Shown here one piece after another: positions 1-10,908 of a DNA stretch of 64,000 nucleotides (its first letter is position 1; every line of letters starts with the position of its first letter). The position numbers and the translations under genes were made by a program. The DNA lies in the NCBI RefSeq assembly GCF_001194135.2, contig NC_068982.1:2306480-2370479 (forward strand), written 5' to 3'. Source of the stretch: Octopus bimaculoides (Eukaryota). The notes beneath the pieces were generated by a model. The model was not told where the DNA came from and made no database searches. It was given only the letters and a program-made list of their open reading frames with translations.

Positions 1-18
1 TATATAAATATATATTTG

Positions 19-20
19 AA

Positions 21-109
<89 letters not shown>

Positions 110-118
110 TGTGTGAGA
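19..118. repeat. Compound microsatellite (TA)n-(GA)n-(GT)n
   Basis: Read directly; explains ORF 16..216. Confidence 0.95.
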
Positions 119-875
119 GTGAGAGTAACAGAGTGAGGAAGAGGGAGAGAAAATGGAAGAGAGATACATTTGTGTATATATGTATGTGTGTGTACAATGG
201 TGCGATGTATGCATAAATGTGTTACTCTGTGTATGGATTCTACTACTAATCTTCACAAGTGACTGGACGACACCTGCTTTTTCGTACCATCTGGAGACCA
301 AATGCAATCAACATTTCAACGGTGTGTTCTAATTCAAATCTTTTAACGCCGCTGGTTTTCTTCGTAAAACTAGGCAACCCACGACAGCTTCTAAAGTTAT
401 TGATCATATGCTGTTGACATATTTCTTCTCATATTTTCTTTTAATGTAGTAAATTTATCGGTCACTTTTTCAGCTGATATATTTCTATCGATCTTTTAAA
501 TGGGAACATCTTTTAAAATAACATCGGACACAATATGCAAATACATTGAAGCAGAAATACAAAAAAGAAAAAAGAAAGAAAAGTTTCTAAATGCATTTAG
601 AATAGATAGATATTATTTGGAAATAGGCGATATTATTTCATAAACTTATCTCAGCCTAATGACCAATGGGAATACACAAGTGTCCTTAACATATTGATTT
701 CAAATTTAGTACAATATCCCAGATTACAAGTTAAGGTTCTAAAGTATTGAATTTTTGCACGCGTAAGAGGTATCGACTCTTAGTGAGTACAAGTGCGTGA
801 GGGTAGTATCTAAATTTTCCCCTTCAAATGCTCTGCGGTTACATATGTTTTAACTGAATAAATAATACGCAGATT

Positions 876-876
<1 letters not shown>

Positions 877-925
<49 letters not shown>

Positions 926-932
926 TATAATA
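877..932. repeat. (TAA)n microsatellite
   Basis: Read directly; immediately upstream of an R4/Dong fragment. Confidence 0.95.
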
Positions 933-934
933 AT

Positions 935-1750
935 GCAAAATACACTAACCACCTGTCCAAACCAGATATTGATCAAAATCTTACACACCAAAGGCTACAA
1001 GGGATATACCTGAAAGGTTTTGTTATTGCAGCGCAAAATCAGAGCTTCTCTACCAGAAACTACCATACAAACGTCCTTCAACATGGATCTGAACCATTGT
1101 GCAGAATTTACGGAAAATTGACAAACACATTTGATTATGTTATTTCTCGCTGAAAAGGTGTACCTCATAAGAAATGATAGATTAGGGCAATGCATCCACT
1201 GGAATGCATGTAAATGCTACGAAATTAAATTCCATGATATGTGGTACAAGCACCATCCAGAAGATGTGATAAATAGTGAGGGCGTCACCAGCCTTTGGAA
1301 CCTCCCAATACAGACAGAAAATTTGACTCCAATCGACCAGACATTATGATCAAAGACTTCAACAAAGTAACTTGTCTGTTAATAGATATTTCTGTCCCAC
1401 AAGATCAAAATGTTTCAAGAAAAGAATACGAAAGACTTTCTCTCTATAAAGATCTGCAAATTGAAATCACAAAAATGTGGAAGCTTAGTACTACGATAAT
1501 ACCAGTAATAATTGGTGCGTTAGGAAAAACAAAAATGGGAGCTATGAAATATATTAAACCACTCCCTGGTAACTCCAATCTTCGTGATCTACAAAAGATA
1601 ACCTTGGTGGATACAGCCCATTTACAATGGAAAGCACTCTCCATCTAAAATGGAATAAACGTGGTGATAATTTTAGCATACGTAGCAAAATTAAAGTGCA
1701 GTTGCTACACTAGATCTCCGGAGGATACTCGGTATTATGGGAGCTGGAAT
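935..1750 (+). mobile_element. R4/Dong-clade non-LTR retrotransposon, decayed 3' end (CCHC remnant plus restriction-like endonuclease)
   Basis: RPDIMIKDFNKVTCLLIDISVP...KE..RLSLYKDL...IIPVIIGALG (ORF 1295..1648) is the PD..D..K RLE signature; frameshifted; followed by (TAA)n. Confidence 0.85.
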
Positions 1751-1755
1751 AAAGT

Positions 1756-1756
<1 letters not shown>

Positions 1757-1823
<67 letters not shown>
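1757..1823. repeat. (TAA)n microsatellite
   Basis: Read directly; source of poly-I/poly-L ORFs. Confidence 0.95.
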
Positions 1824-1829
<6 letters not shown>

Positions 1830-1835
<6 letters not shown>

Positions 1836-2420
1836 GACACGACAGAGCTGGGACCTATATACACTGGAAGCTATGCCAACACTATGGAATAACAACAGAA
1901 AAAAAGATGGTATAAACACACGCCAGAAAAGTTCACAGAAAACGAGAAAGCAACCATACTCTGGGATATGCCAATACACACAGATAGAGAAATTAATGCA
2001 AATAGACCAGATATAGTTGTCAAAGATCATGAAGAAGAAAAATGCTTTCTACTTGATGTATCAATACCAGCAGATGAAAACGTTTCTCTAAAAGAAATGG
2101 AAAAACCTTTCAAAATACAAAAACCTGGAAATAGAGATAACTCAAATGTGGAATCTAAAAACAGAAACAATTCCTATCATAGTAGGTGCCTTAGGTATAA
2201 TAAAAAATATTCAGACAAATACATAACAAAAACACCAGGACTTACAAATATGTATAACATACAGAAAATTTCACTACTGGGCACTGCACACATCCTACGC
2301 AAAACACTTTCAATACAGTAACCATAAGAGCATCACAGCAAACCACAGCACATACCCAAGGCGCACGGAGCTGCGATCGGTAGTGAAGTGAAAGCACGTT
2401 ATAAAAATAAAACTACTGAA
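1830..2420 (+). mobile_element. R4/Dong-clade LINE 3' fragment (RLE domain plus 3' UTR)
   Basis: HDRAGTYIHWKLC...ILWDMPIHTDREINANRPDIVVKD...LLDVSIP...GTAHILRKTLSIQ; ends in TAA-like repeats. Confidence 0.88.
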
Positions 2421-2449
2421 GAATAATAGTAATAATAATAATAATAATC

Positions 2450-3192
2450 ACCTGGAGGCACCAGGACAGGACCATGTGCGTTTAACAACGGAAGATGTCA
2501 TTGCACTGATACCAAAACTGCTAAATTGGGAAGAGGCAGGACAAGACGGAATTCAAGGCTACTGGCTCAAGTGGTTTAGGTCAATACACATGACAACTGC
2601 GTTGCAATTAGACAATTCCCTAAAGAGCGGTACAATTACAGACCCATTGCTTGTCTTAACATCGTATGGAAAGTAATAACAGGTACCTTCGCAGCGAAAA
2701 TATATCCGTTCCTTGTGGAAAACAAACTTCTGCCAGTAGAACAAAAGGGATGTCAAAAAGGATCCAAGAGCACCAAGGACCACCTTGTGACAGACAAAGT
2801 TATAATGAAGAACTGTAAACGGTACCAAAAAACTTATGCATGGCCTGGATAGACTTCTAAAAAGGCTTATGACGCGTTGCCACATTCGTGGATTTTGGAA
2901 ACACTCGACTTGTGTAGAATAGCTGAGAACGTGTGTGCACTGATTAAGAACAGCAAGGCCTGCTGGAAAACGCATCTTTCCTGTAACAACCAGCATTTAA
3001 TTGAGGTAACAATCGAAAGAGGTATCTTCCAAAGAGACTCTTGTTTACTTCCGTTCTTTGTTCTAGCCTTGATCCCACTTTCTGTAGGCCTACATAAAAT
3101 CAGCATGCACTCTGAGCTGAGAAAGCACGGACCTCGTCTCAACCACCTTCTCTTCATGGATGATTTGAAACTGCTTGCCCAAACATCATTAT
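2450..3192 (+). mobile_element. R4/Dong-clade LINE reverse transcriptase fragment
   Basis: NWEEAGQDGIQGYWLK, PHSWILETL, RGIFQRDS, LNHLLFMDDLKL (RT motifs including xMDD); frameshifted. Confidence 0.88.
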
Positions 3193-3337
3193 AGTAATAA
3201 TATAAGTATTTTAATAATCATGTAACTATAGTAGTGAACAAGTAAACATCAGACAAGGATTATAGTCGTAATAGTGGAGATTATAATAGTGGACACGTAA
3301 TTGATTATCCAGATTGATAATTCCTCAGAATGATTAA

Positions 3338-4968
3338 CAAGTGGTGTTGCGAAACCGTCGAGTCGTCGGCGACTAAATCGGCCACACCACTAAGCTAGCT
3401 TCGCGAGGAAGTTGGATTTTCGACACCTTGCGGGATTAAAAGCAACTTCCGGCAAGGCGAAGAGGAGCTCAGAAGAGTCCATGACCATGCCGAAAACAAG
3501 TAGACTTATTTCGTGAGCCTTGATTGGCACTCTGTCTAGGAAAGGAACTCTCTGATATAAAACTGGGGTAGATAAGACTCCTGAGTCACAATGGTGAGAC
3601 TCTGTCAGTGTCCAATGTCTCCATGCCTAGGACGAAGGTGAATGAAACGCGAATCGTGACTTAACTCGGGAACAATATTTGAAGATATGGGACCAACTGA
3701 CGCTCACCTGTCTCCTAGTGAGAATCAAGATTATGGTCCCCAACTCACAAAAATTCGAAAGGAATAGGCCCACGTTATGGGTAGTAAGAGCTTTACAGTC
3801 TTGATTGACAATCTAACAAGACATGGTGTCTCGATAAAAATACCGGTTGGTGGCTAATCTTAAAGCGCATACCTCATTGTTGAGTGAAATGTCTAATACT
3901 AATGTTTCGAATAATGTTATTAATGAATCTGGAACCATAGGTGAAAGCCTTTCGCCCGGCAGGTATCTTGTGGTTGAGCAGCGCAGGCCCAGTCGTCATC
4001 GGAGACCGCTTGTATATAAAGACAGAGGCAGAGAAGGTGGGATAAGGAGGAAAACAGCATGGTAGTTGAATGCTAGATGAAGAGTGAAGCCAGCGGAAGG
4101 GGACTCCGACAACGAATGAAAGCAAATTAGAATGAAATAGGACTCTTCTAAATAAGTGAGCAACCGTTAGGCGAACAGGCAAGAGCAACAAGAGCAAAAG
4201 GGCGGTTAATAGATGTGGAAATAGAAGAGATTAAAAAGAAATTTGAAGATAGAAATAATACTTCACCAATAGATAACGTGCCCAGTGAGAACAGAAAAAT
4301 GAAAGGCCAGAGTGAAGGCGTAGAGCAAAGTGTAAATGTAAATGCATTCTTAAAAAACGAAGCAGAAGTAATAGGAAGAGCTATATCACAAGAATACGAT
4401 GATGACCAACACGACAGAATGAAGACGCTGTGCTGATATATCAGGGAAGACAAGGATTAAGTACTCCCGGCCTGAGATTCATTTAAGCTTAAAGTTGAAA
4501 GCGAAAAGATAGATTCGGTTCTTGAGATATTCTAGACGAGAAATGTAACTAACAAGATTATTTGGACTGCAGCTACGGTTGCTGCAGACAGAGTTGGATA
4601 CAAAAGAAAGGAACAAACAGAACGTAAATGACCATACTGGAGCAGGCGAATTTGTGCGAATCGGAGTTAAAAAGATATTTAGGACAAGTTTATAGATTGA
4701 GAAGAGGGGGATTGCAGAACGAAAGCATCAGAATAATGTTGGAAAGAACATATGGAATAAGAAATAAAGGGCATGATGTTATATTGGAAGAATTCAAACA
4801 AAGAATTGTAGCAATCAAAGCAAAACTAGAAAGATGTAACAATAGAAAATAACAATTAAGGCAAAACAGTTTGAAGCAAATCAGAAGAGACTGTTTCAGG
4901 AACTAGATGGGCAAATACACGTAACAATGATACCAGATGCAGAGGAAAGCAAGGCATTCTGGAGAGGG
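3338..4968 (+). mobile_element. Probable 5' portion (5' UTR plus N-terminal ORF) of an R4/Dong-like LINE, decayed
   Basis: Fragments such as DVEIEEIKKK, ILEEFKQRIVAIKAKLERCNNR and EESKAFW resemble the pre-RT region of R4-clade ORFs; many stops; same strand as neighbouring fragments. Confidence 0.6.
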
Positions 4969-4971
4969 AGT

Positions 4972-5135
4972 ATTTCGTCTATCTTTACGTACTCGGTTCA
5001 AATTCCTCCCAGGTCAACTTTGCCTTTCATCATTTCGGTTTCGATAAATTAAGTACCAGTTGCACACTGGGATCGATCTAATCAACTGGCCCCCACCCTC
5101 CAAATTTCAGGCCTCGTACCTATAGTAGAAAGGAT
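4972..5135 (+). mobile_element. SINE family B, 5'-truncated
   Basis: ggttcaaattcc..aggtcaactttgcctttcatc..tcgataaattaagtaccag is shared with 5362, 10672(-), 51955 and 60715. Confidence 0.8.
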
Positions 5136-5149
5136 TGTTACTTCTTACG

Positions 5150-5280
5150 CTCTAATTTCAAAACCCACCGAGGTAAACATTGCTTTTTCTTCATTTTAGG
5201 CTTCATGAAATTAAGTACTAGATTAAGTACGGGATCGATGATATCATCAATCACCCCCACTCCTCAAAATTCCATTCCTG
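5150..5280 (+). mobile_element. SINE family B fragment
   Basis: accgaggtaaacattgc...aaattaagtact...gatcgatgatatc; diverged copy. Confidence 0.6.
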
Positions 5281-5361
5281 CGTAAATTACAAGCCATTAT
5301 CATAAGCATAATAATGCATTAGATTTCCAAATGAATCATTACATCAATATTTGATTTCTAA

Positions 5362-5625
5362 AGATGGCGTCGAGCTGACAGAATCGTTACCGCGCAGGAC
5401 AAAATGCTTAACGGAATTTCAGCCGTTTTTATATTCTGAATTCAAATTCCACCGAAGTTAACTTTGCCTTTTATACTTTCTGGGTCGCCTTTTATACTTT
5501 CTGGGTCGCCTTTTATACTTTCTGGGTCGATTAAGTATGTCCCCATTGAGTTCTGGGAGTTGATGAGATTGATTTACCCCCAAATTTCTGGCCTTGTACC
5601 AACATTTTCCAGTGCTACTAAATGT
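5362..5625 (+). mobile_element. SINE family B with an internal 21-bp triplication (5466-5528)
   Basis: Head gagctgacagaatcgtta..., B-box-like gaattcaaattcc; gccttttatactttctgggtc x3. Confidence 0.8.
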
Positions 5626-7246
5626 GTGCCTAATTTTAGTCTTGCATACAATTATTAGCACATTTATTTCAATACTTTTTAAAAAATTTAATCAATTTAA
5701 CAAATCTTTTCCTCCGGAACTTTTACATTTGATTCCAGAAGAGAGAAAGAACCAGAAGAGAGGAAGGGATATTGAAGCACATAAAGAATAATCGGTACAA
5801 GGAGGTCAATATTTATTGAAAGAACATCGTCTCAAATTATAAGCAATTGACCTTTAATAAATTTGAAGAGAAAGAACGTTTGAAAATTTTATATTTCCAT
5901 CTTGTGTGCCAGTTTAAACGTTTTTGCATTTACATGCGTCTTCTTTACATATAGCATCTACACAGCAATGAGATAGATAGAAATTTAAGATAAAGTAATG
6001 TGTGTCTGGGAATAAGAAGTAGACAATTGACTTCGTATAAAAAAATAAACAATTGACTTTGTATAAAAAGTAGGCGGTGCTGTTAAGTCTTAGATTCCTC
6101 ACTTGTCGAACGAACTAATCTCATTTACTTCAAGTCTAATGGGAATATGATAATTTTGTTATCTAAACTGAAGAGCAGCATCATGTATTTTGAGAATCTG
6201 TTATTTGCAGTTATTTTAATTATAATGAGAGATGTTTGTCGCAATGGCAATTCACGGAGAAACGAGTATTGACTTGGGCAGCAGACCAGCAATAATTTTA
6301 AAGAATCAGCCTGAAATCACAACTTTATTTCTTAAAAAATTGATTAAAAAATTCCATCAATATCTAAATGTAGTTATAATGAATACATAACAACTTCATT
6401 ATCTAATATCTACATTTAAAGGTAAACATTTCATTTGTAATGGTGGTAGTCCAGATAGTAACACAAAGGCGTGTGTGCTTCTCTTATAATTTTCTCAAGC
6501 TACGCAATGAACTAAAACATCCTTGTCATTTTAGATATTAGGAAGATTATGTCAAAATCAACAAATAGAGATAAGTGTTAGGAATTTTCACAATAGGAAA
6601 AGAAATGCTTAGCTCTAGGAAAGATAAAAATAAACTTATCTTCTATTTCTACTCTCATTTTACTTCCCTGTGTTTCGTACTCATTTATAAACTTTGACAT
6701 TTTGTTCTGAATTATTTATATTGCATAATATAATACATTATAATTTTGTTTTCTTCTGTGAAAGATTTTGTGCACAATCTATCTAAATTATTAATGACGT
6801 CAGAGAGAGAGAGAGAGAGAGGGGGGGAGTAAGAAAGAGAGGGAGACAGATAGAAAGAAAGAGGTAGATAATCAGATAAATAGATGGGGCAAGCAAAATA
6901 GAAAACTGAGAAATAAAGAGAGTGAATAGATTAGGAAAAAATGGAAAAATAATGGCGGCTAGAGATCAATCAAAGTTTTCGAACTTTGTTTATCACGTTA
7001 AAAAGAAAAAGTATGTTGGTATACAAAAGTTTATTAACACATTAAGTCAACATGTTGATACATACAATTTCCGTTTGTTTGTGTGTGCGTATGCGCGCGC
7101 GTTTCAATTTGATGTTGTGCGTTATTTATGTCAATGTACTTTACTACATGTACGTCTGAATGTTGTATGCTCTTTACATGCTTCTAAAATATTCTCTTGA
7201 TAAACGTGGAGAAAAAGATGAGAAAATATTTTTACTGGATGGATTA

Positions 7247-7632
7247 AGGAGCAGGAGTGGCTTTGTGGTAAGTAGCTTGCTTACCAGCCACATGGTTCCG
7301 GTTCAGTCCCACTGTGGGGCATCTTGGATAAGTGTCTTCTACTATAGCCTCGGGGCGACTAAAGCCTTGTGAGTAGATTTGGTAGACGGAAACTGAAAGA
7401 AGCCCGTCGTATATATGCATATATGTGTGTCTGTGTTTGTCCCCCTAGCATTGCTTGACAACCTATGCTGGTGTGTTTATGACCCTGTCACCTAGCGGTT
7501 CGGCAAAAGTGAACGATAGAATAAGTACTAAGCTTACAAAGAATAAGTCCCGGGGTCGATTTGTTCGACTAAATGCGGTGCTCCAGCATGGCGGCAGTCA
7601 AATGACTGAAACAAGTAAAAAAAGAGTAAAGA
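7247..7632 (+). mobile_element. SINE family A (tRNA-derived head), near full length
   Basis: A-box-like tggctttgtgg, B-box-like ggttcagtccc, body ggaaactgaaagaagcccgtcg, tail gcatggcggcagtcaaatgactgaaac; several copies in window. Confidence 0.88.
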
Positions 7633-8252
7633 CTGGAAAAATTGCAGTGGCATTTCAATGTCTGCCTCCCGCTACCACTCCACTGTCGGAAGACAAAATT
7701 TAGAACGGTAATATTCCTGCTTCTTACATTGTCTATTACATGACGCATCATATTGAGCCGCCTGTCGAAAATATTTCCATGTATATACTCCACAACGAAA
7801 AGAAAGAGTATTATCTGAAAGAAAGAGATCTGATTTGGTGTAAATGAATTATCTTGTGACATTCATTCGTCAAAAGAAGACGCAATGAATAAGCATATAA
7901 TACTGTTTGCCAGAATGATTTCAGGAATTTCTCAGTATATTATATAATTTATGTATCCGTGTATCTCTCTCTCTCTCTCTGTCTCTCTCTCTCTCTCTCT
8001 CTCCCTCTCTCTCTATATATCTCTATCTATCTATCTATTTTTATGGACGGACGATAGACACACGGCTCCGTGTAAGTTTGCCTTTTATTGCCTTAAAAAG
8101 TTGTTTTTGGATAATATTTTTTATGTAAAAGTTGTGCAACAACTGATACATTCGGTTGTACAATTTGTTTGCACGGGAAATCTGCCCTGTGTGGCTTATT
8201 TCCAGATTTTGTAAATTCGTTTTCGGCTTTCTTAGCCATATTTATTTTCAGA

Positions 8253-8669
8253 ATGGCGTCTTCAAGCCATGCAGACGATCTCATAACGAACGCCGGTCTC
8301 CATGGCAACTCTTTCGACGTTGATTTCCCTACACTCCCTTCACCACAGCTTCATGAAGGAGGGAAGAAGGGGAGAAGTATCACAAGAACAGTTGCAGGTG
8401 TGAGCATGAACGCTAACACCACCACCACCAGCAGCAACAACAGCGATGTCGTCGCAAAGGCTTCGACCTTAAAGAAGAGAAACACCAACACCACCACCAC
8501 CACAGTTTCACCGTCAACTGCTACAACGGAGGCCTCTGCCACCCCCACCAACACCACCACCACAAATTTCGCTGAAACGATAAGACAGACAAGAAAGATT
8601 GTTACTTTCACTGCTCAACAAATAAAAGACACTAAATCACTACTCCACAAAAACGGCAAGGAATGGTAG
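8253..8669 (+). CDS. Open 138-codon frame (MASSSHADD...DFPTLPSP...Thr-rich); probable LINE ORF1 N-terminus, host exon not excluded
   Basis: Mostly non-repetitive open frame, followed directly by a LINE ORF2 C-terminus and 3' UTR; no recognisable domain. Confidence 0.4.
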   Translation: MASSSHADDLITNAGLHGNSFDVDFPTLPSPQLHEGGKKGRSITRTVAGVSMNANTTTTSSNNSDVVAKASTLKKRNTNTTTTTVSPSTATTEASATPTNTTTTNFAETIRQTRKIVTFTAQQIKDTKSLLHKNGKEW

Positions 8670-8689
8670 ATATTGTCAGCTTCCAAATA

Positions 8690-8990
8690 AGCCACTTTTG
8701 AATCCACGAGCAAAAACACTGGTGCTAGTCTGATCTTTGGAAGTCATCAACTGTTCAACTACCTACCTCACAATATTTGAAATATAAAAGGAATTCTACT
8801 GAAACATTCAAAGAACATTGGATAAATTCCCGGCGACGATGCCGGACCAGCCAATAATTCACGGATACTCCCAGCTGCTACAAATTCAATCATAGACCAA
8901 CTTCCAGCTATAATGCGACGACAAAACTGATAGAAAATAAATTAAGGCACTGCTCTTGCATGGCCACAGTCCTACGTCTTGTTAGTTATA
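8690..8990 (+). mobile_element. CR1/L2-like LINE extreme 3' end
   Basis: Frameshifted QLFNYLPHNI...ETFK.TLDKFPATMPDQPIIHGY...NSIIDQL is homologous to 16815-17560(-); 3' UTR has tgctcttgcatggccacagtc. Confidence 0.7.
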
Positions 8991-9434
8991 GATACTAAAT
9001 AAATTTTGCAAGTATATAAATTTTATGCACGCCTGTGTATATACAAATGGTTTGTAAATGTAACTAATCTTCCGAACGATTCCTAGTGAGTCTAAATATC
9101 AATATTTCGACAGGAAACGATCAGAGACTGTACATGTATTCAGCAGTTACCATATATGGTATGCTTTACAGATTCAATAGAAATTCAGAGCGGTGAATGG
9201 GTGCGAACATTTTTTAAAAACTGAAGAAAATATATAAGAATTTTGTTAAAAAATTAGTGTAAATAAGGAAAAATTACAGTACGAAACATATTTTTCTTAA
9301 TAGATTTGTGAAAGAAGATACCCTTCCTAAAATTGATTTACGCTCTAAAGAATGATTGGTTAAACATCTTCATTGAATCGAAATGAATAAAGCATTTGGT
9401 AAAAGAATAATAGGATAACTAAAGGAAAGGAATA

Positions 9435-9596
9435 CGCGCAGGCATGGCAGGGGTGGTGAGAGGTGTGTTTACCATTCGTCTGGTTCCAGGTTCAGTCCAA
9501 CTGCGCGGAATCTTGGATAAGTGTCTTCTACTATAACCTCAGGCCAACCGCTGTTTTTTTAGTTGTTTTGGTAGACGGAAACAGTAACAAGCCCAG

Positions 9597-9627
<31 letters not shown>

Positions 9628-9850
9628 CTACACGAATATACAACGGGATTATACACAAACACACATGTATTTGTGTGTGTGTCTTTGTGTCTGTGTTTGA
9701 CGTCCAACCGGTGCCTGACAAACGGTGTGATTACTTAGCCGTAACGATAGAATAAGTACCAGGTTCAAGAAAAACGATATTGGGATCGATTCTTCAAGGC
9801 GGCATCCCAGAATGGCCGCAGTCTAATGACTGAAGCAGGTGAAAGACATA
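9435..9850 (+). mobile_element. SINE family A, diverged
   Basis: Collinear with the 7247 copy. Confidence 0.8.
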
Positions 9851-10386
9851 ATTAAGTAAATGAAATAAAAGGAGGTAAAATAACATGAAATAACGCGCGG
9901 AGAGGATCTGCCGAGCAGCAATTCAAAGGTCTACATTTAGCGTTAACGAGTATTATTATTATAGCACTAGATTACAAGCCATGACTTTAATTACCATTAA
10001 AGATATCAGAAGGATCAATGGTACATATATGAATATCGTATAACTCGTTTCTATGAAATATTTACAGTTAATTAGTTGATATATTAAAGATTAAAGGTAT
10101 CCAACAGTTGACATTTAAATATAATACGATTCCCTAAATGAGGTAATGCTAAACTGCTGACTGAATATTCCCAGTCAGACTGGGATGAGATAAGTTCAGG
10201 TAGAATAAGGTAGAAATCCGGACATAATGATCACAGAGGTTATGGCAGTCACACAGGACATAACTAAGGTTTCCGGTAATGGAACTATTAATCATGTATC
10301 TAGATGAAGTTATTGAATTAATTTTTAGCAATTTGCTGGAAGGACATGTGGTACATTTGCGGACAATTTATTAATACGTCATCTCA

Positions 10387-10425
<39 letters not shown>

Positions 10426-10671
10426 AAGAGATGACACGTAAAATAATGAAATCTTACGAAAGGAACTTTATTCGATTAAAGCTCTTTCTGATATAAGTCG
10501 TCGTTTACCCTTGGTTGAGTACAGGATACCATTCTATAGCTTCATCAAACCCTTGAATATGAAGTTCACTTTAGCTGGGAAGTAACATTTTCAGAATATG
10601 CAGGCGTTATATAATAATAATTGGACTCTAAATGAACTAATCAAGCTAGACTGGAAAACAAGAAAAATAAT

Positions 10672-10908
10672 TATTTCTTTATTGCCCACAGGGGGCTAAA
10701 CATAAAGGGGACAAACAAGGACACACAAAGGGATTAAGTTGATTGCATCGAACCCCAGTGCGTAAGTGGTACTTACTTAATCGACCCGGAAAGGATGAAA
10801 GGCAAAGTCGATCTCGGCGGAATTTGAACTCAGAACGAAATACCGGCAGACGAAATACCGCCAAGCGTTTCGTCCGACATGTTAACGGTACTGCTAGCTT
10901 ACCGCCTT
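10672..10908 (-). mobile_element. SINE family B, near full length
   Basis: Reverse complement gives ...ctgagttcaaattccgccgagatcgactttgcctttcatcc...agtacc. Confidence 0.85.

Noticed and set aside
3400-3470. Canonical HDV-like ribozyme
   Set aside because: No P3/L3 with CC to pair with the GG after P1; kept only as a generic pseudoknot.
3688-3772. Hammerhead-like fold (gggacca / ctgacg / tggtccc)
   Set aside because: Several core positions are wrong (A9, A15.1, U16.1); likely chance.
5458-5661. RRPRKYK x3 NLS-like peptide
   Set aside because: Reverse reading of a 21-bp triplication within a SINE.
7247-7330. tRNA gene at SINE heads
   Set aside because: A/B boxes are present but there is no cloverleaf; continues into the SINE body.
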